From the IMG/VR virus record IMGVR_UViG_3300045988_129344: a DNA stretch of 40,863 nt. One strand, written 5' to 3'. The notes beneath the pieces were generated by a model. The model was not told the DNA's origin. It ran no database searches and saw nothing but the letters and a program-made list of their open reading frames with translations. Position 1 is the stretch's first letter. The number at the start of each line of letters is the position of its first letter. A program made the translations under genes and the position numbers. Shown here in pieces: positions 1 to 5,934 of the stretch. The stretch is from a virus.

Positions 1-28
1 TGGTACGCCCGGAGGGATTCGAACCCCT
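1..28 (-). other. tRNA 3'-end-like segment (T-arm, acceptor 3' strand, discriminator A, CCA). Partial only, not a full tRNA gene
   Basis: The reverse complement reads AGGGG-TTCGAAT-CCCTC-CGGGCGT-A-CCA. The next 27 nt are AT-rich and contain the palindrome TTAAATATTTAA; I could not fold them into an anticodon arm. The same segment occurs at 40809-40836. Confidence 0.6.
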
Positions 29-55
29 TAAATATTTAATGAATATGCGGTTTCT
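1..55. repeat. Terminal direct repeat copy 1 (att core region)
   Basis: tggtacgcccggagggattcgaaccccttaaatatttaatgaatatgcggtttct is identical to 40809-40863. Confidence 0.95.
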
Positions 56-64
56 GGACATATC

Positions 65-82
65 TGACTAATGCTTGACTAA
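65..82 (+). promoter_or_regulatory. Two TGACTAA arm-type repeats (putative integrase P' arm sites)
   Basis: TGACTAA at 65-71 and 76-82, in the same orientation as the four copies at 40651-40687. Confidence 0.5.
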
Positions 83-1104
83 TTCATAAATGTATTTAAT
101 TTTTCTACGGTTTCTTTAAAGTGATTTGTACGAATATGTGTATAAATATTTCTTGTAACCGAAATGTCGCTATGCCCTAATAAATGTTGAGCATCTTTTA
201 CGTCTATCCCTGCTTCAAAAAGTATTGTTGCGTAAGTATGACGCAACTGATGAGCTGTTATATCAAGTCCTGTTTCTTTTTTATATTTATCCCAACGACG
301 TTGAAAAGCTGAATAACCGAGTGGCTTTGTACCGTCAATCGAAAATATAAAATTTTCATCTTTTCCTTTAGGGAGTTTATCTGCTAATACATCAAGCAAA
401 ACCACTTTGCGAGTGCCGTTTTCTGTTTTAGTACCTTTAATATGAGGGACGTTGCTTTTATGATATACAGATTTATAAACATTAATTTCTTTATTATCGA
501 AATCAATATCTTTAAACTGTAAAGCAAGAGCTTCGCCCTTTCTTAATCCGGTGTATAACAAAAAATATGGGAACAAACCAAAAGAACAATTTAGACTATT
601 TTTCACTGCTTCGGTTTCTTCTTCTGTAAGAGGTTGTCGTTTGATAGCTGACTTGCCTTTTGGAGGACTAATATATCTTGTAGGGTCATTTTCAACATAG
701 CCTTTTATATAGGCGTATTTAAAAACTAATCGGACTATGGATAATTGGTCTTTTATGGTTTTTGTTGCGTAATCTCTTGTTACATAATAGTCTAAATATT
801 GCTCAATATCGATAGGCTGTATTTCTTTGATATATCTATCATCAAATTCTTCTATTGCGTGACTAAGTAAAATTTTATATCTTTTTGCGGTATTATACTC
901 TATCTTAGGAAAATGTTCTTCTTCCCATTCTTCTGCAACTTCACTAAACAGTTTACCTCTTTCTTCTTGTTGGGTGTAAGCAAGAATTTGACGATTAATA
1001 TCACGTTCAGCTTGTTGCTCCGTAGTTTTGCTACTGTAAAAATATAATCTCTTACCGTTGATTGTGACGACTTTTAAGTATCTTCCGTCTTTTCTCTTTT
1101 TCAT
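79..1104 (-). CDS. int: Tyrosine site-specific integrase
   Basis: 341 aa. The C-terminal catalytic region AHQLRHTYATILFEAGIDVKDAQHLLGHSDISVTRNIYTH fits the R..HxxR..H..Y tyrosine recombinase signature. The gene is adjacent to the att core. Confidence 0.93.
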   Translation of the reverse strand: MKKRKDGRYLKVVTINGKRLYFYSSKTTEQQAERDINRQILAYTQQEERGKLFSEVAEEWEEEHFPKIEYNTAKRYKILLSHAIEEFDDRYIKEIQPIDIEQYLDYYVTRDYATKTIKDQLSIVRLVFKYAYIKGYVENDPTRYISPPKGKSAIKRQPLTEEETEAVKNSLNCSFGLFPYFLLYTGLRKGEALALQFKDIDFDNKEINVYKSVYHKSNVPHIKGTKTENGTRKVVLLDVLADKLPKGKDENFIFSIDGTKPLGYSAFQRRWDKYKKETGLDITAHQLRHTYATILFEAGIDVKDAQHLLGHSDISVTRNIYTHIRTNHFKETVEKLNTFMN

Positions 1105-1195
1105 TTTAATACACTCCTTTTAAAATTAGGTATTGCAAAAACAGAGTGTATATGATACAATAATTTTGCGAATATGTGTTTCAATACACTCTTAT

Positions 1196-1231
1196 CCTCC
1201 GACTGTTGGTAGCGGTCGGGGGAATTTTTTT
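1196..1231 (+). terminator. Rho-independent terminator oriented for plus-strand transcripts
   Basis: Stem cctccgac (1196-1203) pairs with gtcggggg (1215-1222), followed by a T-run at 1225-1231. There is no T-run on the minus-strand side. Confidence 0.5.
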
Positions 1232-1259
1232 ATAATAAGAATTAAATATTAAGGAATAA

Positions 1260-1487
1260 TTAGTGTATTCCAAGTTCTTTCATTGCTTCATCGGATGAAA
1301 CGAATGTTTTACATTCGGGATTAGTTTCGATTTCGTTTAACATATCAAGGTCGGTTTTATCCGGTTCAATTTCCTCAATATCAGACCAAGAGGAAAAATT
1401 ATCAATAATAATCTTCCATAATGAATTGGCATCTTTTTCACTCATAACGGTTACAGCACCTAAAATACGTTCTTTAATGTTTGACAT
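1260..1487 (-). CDS. Small acidic protein, candidate antitoxin partner of the upstream RelE-like toxin
   Basis: ATG at 1487 is preceded by AAGGAG; the ORF-track start at 1496 is a GTG. It lies 15 nt downstream of the toxin stop in the same operon. I recognised no family. Confidence 0.45.
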   Translation of the reverse strand: MSNIKERILGAVTVMSEKDANSLWKIIIDNFSSWSDIEEIEPDKTDLDMLNEIETNPECKTFVSSDEAMKELGIH

Positions 1488-1502
1488 AATAATCACGCTC
1501 CT

Positions 1503-1745
1503 TTATTTATAAACATCTCCACGATTACCTATTTTTTCGATATATAATATATTACCCTGTCTATCAAATATAACTCTAAAATCACCGACACGAAGTCTAT
1601 ATTTTGAATCTGTACCTTGAAATTTTTTTACATCTCCGTTAGGAAGAGAGTTTATAGCCGTAACAATTCTTTCTTTTGTCGAACGGCTTTGTTTTTGCAA
1701 AAACTTAATTGCTTGCTTAGAATAATTTATCTCCACATTCATCAC
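1503..1745 (-). CDS. RelE/ParE-family type II toxin-like protein
   Basis: 80 aa. KYRLRVGDFRVIFDRQGNILYIEKIGNRGDVYK matches the characteristic YRLRVGDYRIIY...I..I.HR..VY C-terminal pattern of RelE/ParE toxins. AAGGAAG RBS. Confidence 0.75.
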   Translation of the reverse strand: MMNVEINYSKQAIKFLQKQSRSTKERIVTAINSLPNGDVKKFQGTDSKYRLRVGDFRVIFDRQGNILYIEKIGNRGDVYK

Positions 1746-1759
1746 TTCCTTAAATCAAC

Positions 1760-2428
1760 TTACATTTCTCTAATCAGCAATTTTGGAACACCCATTACTC
1801 GGCAATGCTCTAAATCTTCGCCCTCAATCAAAATAGGTGGAACATTTGGATTTATAGGAACTAATCGTAGCCAATCTTCACCTTTAACAAATTCGACTTT
1901 TTTTAATGTTGATATTTCGTCATCATATATCACTGCTCCAACGTCACCACTATAATTAACAGTGCTTTGACGTAAGATTAATACTTTATCGCCGTCTTGA
2001 TATTGTGGATACATACTGTCGCCTTTAACGCAAAGTACAAAGAAATCTTGCGGGCTATATCCTTTTAAATATGAATTAGGAACATCAACTTTATCTCCAT
2101 CCCACGATTCAATGGCAATGTGATTATATCCTGCCGCTATGTCACCTATAACGGGGAATGTTGTATAGTCCTCTGTTATATTCGGACTTGGAAATTTATC
2201 ATCTATATATGTTTCAGTTTCCGATTCATCCCAACCCATTAAGTATTGAGCAGAAACATTTGTTGCTTTAGCAATAGCCTCTATACTATCAATAGGAATT
2301 TTTTTTGTTTCACCTGTTGCATATCGTTGTAATGCAGATTTTGAAATACCGGTTAATTTAGCAAGCTCGCCATAAGAGAGGTCTGCTTGTTTAAGAGCTT
2401 GTAAAATTCTATCTGAACACTCACTCAT
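1760..2428 (-). CDS. CI/LexA-like phage repressor (XRE HTH plus S24 autopeptidase domain)
   Basis: N-terminal HTH LSYGELAKLTGISKSALQRYATGE. C-terminal VKGDSMYP (Ser nucleophile) and TLKKVE (Lys) match the S24 peptidase. The likely start is the ATG at 2428 after GAGGTG; the track start at 2437 is a GTG. Confidence 0.9.
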   Translation of the reverse strand: MSECSDRILQALKQADLSYGELAKLTGISKSALQRYATGETKKIPIDSIEAIAKATNVSAQYLMGWDESETETYIDDKFPSPNITEDYTTFPVIGDIAAGYNHIAIESWDGDKVDVPNSYLKGYSPQDFFVLCVKGDSMYPQYQDGDKVLILRQSTVNYSGDVGAVIYDDEISTLKKVEFVKGEDWLRLVPINPNVPPILIEGEDLEHCRVMGVPKLLIREM

Positions 2429-2459
2429 TATTATCACCTCGACATTATAATAACATATC

Positions 2460-2568
2460 TGTCCCTAAAATGCAATACATAAAAACAAAATATTTTAATT
2501 TTGTCCCTAAAAAGGGTTGACAACGATAAACAAGTGTGTTATTATATACTTGTCCCTAAAGAGGGACA
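2460..2568. promoter_or_regulatory. Divergent immunity region with three TGTCCCT operator motifs
   Basis: TGTCCCTAAA at 2460-2469. TGTCCCTaaaaAGGG at 2502-2516. Perfect palindrome TGTCCCTaaagAGGGACA at 2551-2568. Confidence 0.7.
2517..2545 (+). promoter_or_regulatory. Rightward early promoter (PR-like)
   Basis: TTGACA (2517-2522), 17-nt spacer, TATTAT (2540-2545), flanked by operator motifs. Confidence 0.7.
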
Positions 2569-2583
2569 GAAAGGAGAATAGTA

Positions 2584-2826
2584 ATGGTTGATAAAAATCG
2601 ACTAATGGGTCATATCATAAGTAAAGGTTATTCTCAACGCACACTATCTGAAAAAATAGGAGTATCAAAGAATACCTTAAATAGCAAGATTAATGGGCAT
2701 TCATCATTTGATGTTGACCTTATCGAAAAAATATGTGATACATTGAGTATTACGGACATAAATGAAAAAGCAAAAATTTTTTTGAAACAAGCGTCCCTGA
2801 ATAGGGATGAAAATCAGCGTAAATGA
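2584..2826 (+). CDS. Cro-like XRE-family HTH regulator
   Basis: 80 aa. YSQRTLSEKIGVSKNTLNSKINGHS is an HTH. RBS AAAGGAG. Divergent from the repressor. Confidence 0.85.
   Translation: MVDKNRLMGHIISKGYSQRTLSEKIGVSKNTLNSKINGHSSFDVDLIEKICDTLSITDINEKAKIFLKQASLNRDENQRK
2793..2808. promoter_or_regulatory. Fourth operator-like palindrome inside the 3' end of the cro-like gene
   Basis: GTCCCTgaatAGGGAt has the same half-sites and 4-nt spacer as the 2551-2568 palindrome. Confidence 0.4.
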
Positions 2827-2842
2827 AAGGAAGCGAAAAGCA

Positions 2843-3040
2843 ATGGGTGAAGAAAAAGTTACTATAAAAATAGGAGTAGACACAACAGAGTTAAATCAAA
2901 AACTTGATGAAAGCATAAAAAAAGCAACGGAGTTAATGGAATTGCTACAACAATTAGGAATAACTCCGTTACTAAAAATTAATACACCATATAATAATGC
3001 AAATAGGGTAAGAGGAGCGAAAATTACTCGCCGCAATTAG
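2843..3040 (+). CDS. Hypothetical early protein (65 aa)
   Basis: ATG at 2843 follows the conserved GAAAGGAAG RBS. Its 3' end overlaps the convergent minus-strand gene by 17 nt. Confidence 0.5.
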   Translation: MGEEKVTIKIGVDTTELNQKLDESIKKATELMELLQQLGITPLLKINTPYNNANRVRGAKITRRN

Positions 3041-3203
3041 AAAGTTTTTCACTAATATCTTGTAACCATTTTGTATTACCGTTTATGCGAGAAATGGCGC
3101 ATTCAGCTAATTCATCATCGTACCAAGCACATCGTGAAGAACAGGGTGCTTTATCGGTAGCAGTTGACATTAGTGGACAGATTTCGTAATTTGTAAAACT
3201 CAT
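3024..3203 (-). CDS. Small Cys-rich protein (59 aa), leftward cassette gene 1
   Basis: ATG at 3203 with GAGGTG RBS (3210-3215). Sequence MSFTNYEICPLMSTATDKAPCSSRCAWYDDELAECAI. It has its own promoter at 3229-3257. Confidence 0.55.
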   Translation of the reverse strand: MSFTNYEICPLMSTATDKAPCSSRCAWYDDELAECAISRINGNTKWLQDISEKLSNCGE

Positions 3204-3277
3204 TATAATCACCTCGCTTTCTACGGTGATTATAACACAAATAACTGGGAAATACAACCAGCGTAAATGAAAGGAAG
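3201..3277. repeat. Roughly 77-bp intergenic cassette, copy A (RBS and promoter for the minus gene plus RBS for the plus gene)
   Basis: By-eye alignment to 3719-3800 shows most positions identical. It ends with the 19-mer CAGCGTAAATGAAAGGAAG, which also occurs at 2815-2833. Confidence 0.8.
3229..3257 (-). promoter_or_regulatory. Leftward promoter, copy A
   Basis: The minus strand reads TTGTAT (3257-3252), 17-nt spacer, TGt-TATAAT (3237-3229). Confidence 0.65.
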
Positions 3278-3284
3278 TGGTGAT

Positions 3285-3455
3285 ATGGAGGATATAAAAA
3301 TATCAGTGGATTATAACACACACGGTTATACGAAAGTTGTTTCAAACAATAAGGCTGATATATTAAAAGTATTGTCGGAGGAAATAGACGATAATGTAAA
3401 GCAAATTTACATAAAAAAAGAACCGGCACAAAAAGTGTCGGTAGAAAATTGTTAA
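3285..3455 (+). CDS. Hypothetical early protein (56 aa)
   Basis: ATG at 3285 after AAAGGAAG. It overlaps the convergent minus-strand gene by 4 nt. Confidence 0.5.
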   Translation: MEDIKISVDYNTHGYTKVVSNNKADILKVLSEEIDDNVKQIYIKKEPAQKVSVENC

Positions 3456-3721
3456 AGATTTTCTTTTAACCAGTTTGACTTACATAATACATTAGACCAA
3501 GCAGCACCACCGGTAAGTGCTGCAACAAACAAGCGGTCATTACTATCAATAACTGATTTTAGATTATCACGAATATCAGAACAAGAATCAGTTGTCGATA
3601 TAATCCATGTAGATTCACATATATGTGCCCACGTTCCATACGACTTTATCTTCTCATAAAGGTCGTCGTAGTTTCTACCGGGTGAGCATAAATCATATGT
3701 AATAATTTTAGAGTTTGCCAC
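3452..3721 (-). CDS. 89-aa protein of unknown function, leftward cassette gene 2
   Basis: GTG start at 3721 with AGGAGG RBS (3730-3735). It has its own promoter at 3745-3773. KIITYDL...YGTWAHICESTWII suggests a beta-alpha-beta (ferredoxin-like) N-terminal half. Confidence 0.65.
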   Translation of the reverse strand: MANSKIITYDLCSPGRNYDDLYEKIKSYGTWAHICESTWIISTTDSCSDIRDNLKSVIDSNDRLFVAALTGGAAWSNVLCKSNWLKENL

Positions 3722-3800
3722 TATAATTACCTCCTTTCGAGATGATTATAGCATAAATAACTGGAAAATACAATCGGCGTAGGTAATATAAGAAAGGAAG
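3719..3800. repeat. Intergenic cassette, copy B
   Basis: Paralogous to 3201-3277, sharing TATAAT.ACCTC..TTTC...TGATTATA.CA.AAATAACTGG.AAATACAA.C.GCGTA...GAAAGGAAG. Confidence 0.8.
3745..3773 (-). promoter_or_regulatory. Leftward promoter, copy B
   Basis: The minus strand reads TTGTAT (3773-3768), 17-nt spacer, TGc-TATAAT (3753-3745). Confidence 0.65.
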
Positions 3801-3808
3801 ATTTGAAA

Positions 3809-3997
3809 ATGGCATTAGAGAAACCTGCGTATCGTGACAATCTCGAACGCATAAAAGCGCATTATCCCGATAAAGAAATGTTAAAAGTTAAAGATGTTCA
3901 AAGGTTCTGCGGATTAAACAGAGCAACAGTAGAAAAACTTTTTGATTTTAAAGATGGATACATCTCGGTTGCAAAATTGGCACGAGAGATGTCATAA
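3809..3997 (+). CDS. Small HTH DNA-binding protein (excisionase/AlpA-like candidate)
   Basis: LKVKDVQRFCGLNRATVEKLF is HTH-like. ATG at 3809; the track start at 3803 is a TTG. Confidence 0.5.
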   Translation: MALEKPAYRDNLERIKAHYPDKEMLKVKDVQRFCGLNRATVEKLFDFKDGYISVAKLAREMS

Positions 3998-4006
3998 CAA
4001 TTAAAT

Positions 4007-4107
4007 CTCACAGGCAGACAAGGGCTGTCCGCGTGTTATCCGTAAAATAGTCAGACTTTCCCTAAGAGTTTTAATCCTTTTGCGGACGGCTCCTGTGTGC
4101 CTGTGAG
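4007..4107 (+). other. Long imperfect hairpin (26-nt arms, 49-nt loop). Candidate structured RNA or DNA element
   Basis: ctcacaggcagacaagggctgtccgc (4007-4032) pairs with gcggacggctcctgtgtgcctgtgag (4082-4107). There are 10 perfect terminal bp, then mostly paired positions. No U-tract follows. Confidence 0.5.
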
Positions 4108-4129
4108 GAAGTAAAGAGAGATAAAACAA

Positions 4130-4243
4130 ATGAATACAATAGGAATTGCACTGATTAGTTTCGGTATCGGACTAATCATAAGTTGGAAATTGGCAGAAAG
4201 GGACAGGAAGAATGCTAAAAAGAAAACCAAAAACAGAGAATGA
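4130..4243 (+). CDS. 37-aa single-TM peptide with a Lys/Arg-rich tail
   Basis: MNTIGIALISFGIGLIISWKLAERDRKNAKKKTKNRE. Weak AGAGAG RBS. It lies immediately after the long hairpin and is below the ORF-track cutoff. Confidence 0.35.
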   Translation: MNTIGIALISFGIGLIISWKLAERDRKNAKKKTKNRE

Positions 4244-4353
4244 GAAAACGGAAGAATATTTCCACAGAGAAGTATTTCCGATGATTAACGCATTCGCCAA
4301 GGAGTGCAGAGGACACGCAAAACAAAAAATAACGGTGAAAGGAATATTTTCAA

Positions 4354-4527
4354 ATGAACAAATATGTAGTAATGACGGGCAGAGATGATGTAGTGGTTTT
4401 AAACGCCGATGACAGCAAGTCGGTTAAGGCATACATAGCAAAAGGATACGGGATAACAAATCGTATCAAGTCAAAGCACCCGCTTGAAATGAGTGTCGCA
4501 AAGATTATCGGAGGAGAGAAACAATGA
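4354..4527 (+). CDS. Hypothetical protein (57 aa)
   Basis: ATG at 4354 after AAAGGA. ATGA stop/start overlap with the next gene. Confidence 0.5.
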   Translation: MNKYVVMTGRDDVVVLNADDSKSVKAYIAKGYGITNRIKSKHPLEMSVAKIIGGEKQ

Positions 4528-4820
4528 CAGCAAAGCAAATAACAGAATTGCACGATTTGTGTTTGCAGATTAATTTATTTGCAGAAAGACATAAGCAAGC
4601 ACCTATTGCTATGTATCATATGATAGGTGATGAAAATCCATTTACAACTATGATATGTATAGAAATATATCAAACGGAACCGTTCAATATAATCAAAACA
4701 TTTACATTTTCAACGGATACTATTTCGACTGAAGATGTAAAAGGAAGATATTACAGATTAGTTAAGAAGTATTTGAAAGATTTAGTCAAAAAGAATGTGG
4801 AGGTGAAAGAGAATGAATGA
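4524..4820 (+). CDS. Hypothetical protein (98 aa)
   Basis: ORF translationally coupled to the upstream gene. No recognisable motif. Confidence 0.6.
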   Translation: MTAKQITELHDLCLQINLFAERHKQAPIAMYHMIGDENPFTTMICIEIYQTEPFNIIKTFTFSTDTISTEDVKGRYYRLVKKYLKDLVKKNVEVKENE

Positions 4821-4983
4821 CGAAGTAGAGAACTACAATAATGAAGAATTTATCGCGATATTAACCGCACTTGGCAGTAACACAAAAATATTGATTAATG
4901 GTAGTGCCGATTTTGAAATACGCCATTCGTGGAATAATGGTGAGCCGTATATCAATATTGTTACAAAAGAAAAAGACCGTTAG
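4813..4983 (+). CDS. Hypothetical protein (56 aa)
   Basis: ATG at 4813 after GGAGGTG, overlapping the previous stop. Confidence 0.5.
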   Translation: MNDEVENYNNEEFIAILTALGSNTKILINGSADFEIRHSWNNGEPYINIVTKEKDR

Positions 4984-5092
4984 AGCTGGCACTCAAAACG
5001 GTCAAAGTCAAACACAGATTTAATTATCTGTATTTGTATTATAACGCAAGATAAAATAAAAATCAAGAAAAGAATTTAAAGAGGTTAAAAAT

Positions 5093-5449
5093 ATGGCTAA
5101 CAGTGAAATCAGAAGAAAAGCAAAAGAAAACGGGGTGCATTTATGGCGAATAGCTGACGCGCTCGGAATTACTGACGGTAATTTCTCAAGAAAATTAAGA
5201 AAAGAATTAGCGGAGGCGGAAAAGGAGCAGATATTCAAAATAATTGATGATTTAAAAAAACAGCCCATAAGAAAAAATAATTTAATAACTGGTGGCGGGG
5301 ATAGTTGCGGTGAAGATGTTGTCGCATGCACCTGCGACGAATGCGGTGAACCTATATGTGTAGGCGAAAAATACTACGAAATCGTAGATATAATTATCTG
5401 CGAAAACTGTATAGAAAAATTTGCGAAGATAGGAGAGTTAAACAGATGA
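5093..5449 (+). CDS. Putative DNA-binding protein with a C-terminal Cys-cluster (zinc-ribbon-like)
   Basis: The N-terminal segment HLWRIADALGITDGNFSRKLR is HTH-like. The C-terminal segment is CTCDECGEPIC...CENC. Confidence 0.55.
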   Translation: MANSEIRRKAKENGVHLWRIADALGITDGNFSRKLRKELAEAEKEQIFKIIDDLKKQPIRKNNLITGGGDSCGEDVVACTCDECGEPICVGEKYYEIVDIIICENCIEKFAKIGELNR

Positions 5450-5922
5450 ACATATATGAAATAGACAATGCAATGTTTTCTTTAATTGACGAAGAAACGG
5501 GCGAAATAAAGGACTTTGAAGCATTTGAAGAACTACAAATGCAAAAGGAAGAAAAAATCGAAAATGCGGCACTATGGCACAAGAATTTAATAGCTGAAAG
5601 CAAAGCTATCCGAGAAGAAGAAAAAGCGCTTGCGGAGCGCCGTAAGTCGTTGGAAAACAAAGCTGAAAGTTTGAAGAATTTCGTAAATAGAACATTGAAC
5701 GGTAACAAGTTCAGTACATCAAAAGTTGCTATAAGTTACAGAAAATCAACGGCGGTAGAAGTTGATGATGAATTTATTGATTATGCAATGAAGAACAACA
5801 ACGACCTGTTGACATATAAGCAACCTGAGCCAAACAAAACGGTCATCAAGGGAATGTTGCAGGGTGGTTTTGATATTCCACACGCAGAGTTGGTAGAGAG
5901 AAACAATATGAGTATAAAATAA
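5446..5922 (+). CDS. Siphovirus Gp157-family protein
   Basis: MNIYEIDNAMFSLIDEETGEI...coiled coil...SISYRKS pattern. It sits upstream of a Sak4-like ATPase and a DUF669 gene, which is the known conserved triad. ATG at 5446 overlaps the previous stop. Confidence 0.7.
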   Translation: MNIYEIDNAMFSLIDEETGEIKDFEAFEELQMQKEEKIENAALWHKNLIAESKAIREEEKALAERRKSLENKAESLKNFVNRTLNGNKFSTSKVAISYRKSTAVEVDDEFIDYAMKNNNDLLTYKQPEPNKTVIKGMLQGGFDIPHAELVERNNMSIK

Positions 5923-5934
5923 GGAGTGATATAT

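Noticed and set aside
1-80. Complete tRNA gene on the minus strand
   Set aside because: Only the T-arm, acceptor and CCA can be recognised. The adjoining sequence cannot form anticodon or D arms, so it is annotated as a partial tRNA-like att core.
1617-1955. 112-aa plus-strand ORF
   Set aside because: It overlaps the well-supported RelE-like and repressor genes on the opposite strand. It has no RBS and its sequence is not protein-like.
3151-3429. 92-aa minus-strand ORF
   Set aside because: It spans the cassette promoter/RBS block and lies antisense to the 3285-3455 gene. The shorter 3024-3203 reading with a GAGGTG RBS explains the region better.
4350-4553. 67-aa hydrophobic minus-strand ORF
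   Set aside because: It is antisense to the RBS-supported 4354-4527 gene. It has no RBS or promoter and its hydrophobic, Cys-rich composition is typical of antisense frames.
5356-5445. N-terminal extensions suggested by the ORF track, here and at 10423, 11007, 12554, 13156, 21952, 30228, 32035, 33644, 2437 and 1496
   Set aside because: The extended starts lack an RBS, use GTG/TTG, or overlap the upstream gene extensively. Internal ATG/GTG codons with GGAGG-type RBSs, often with ATGA-type coupling, give better starts.
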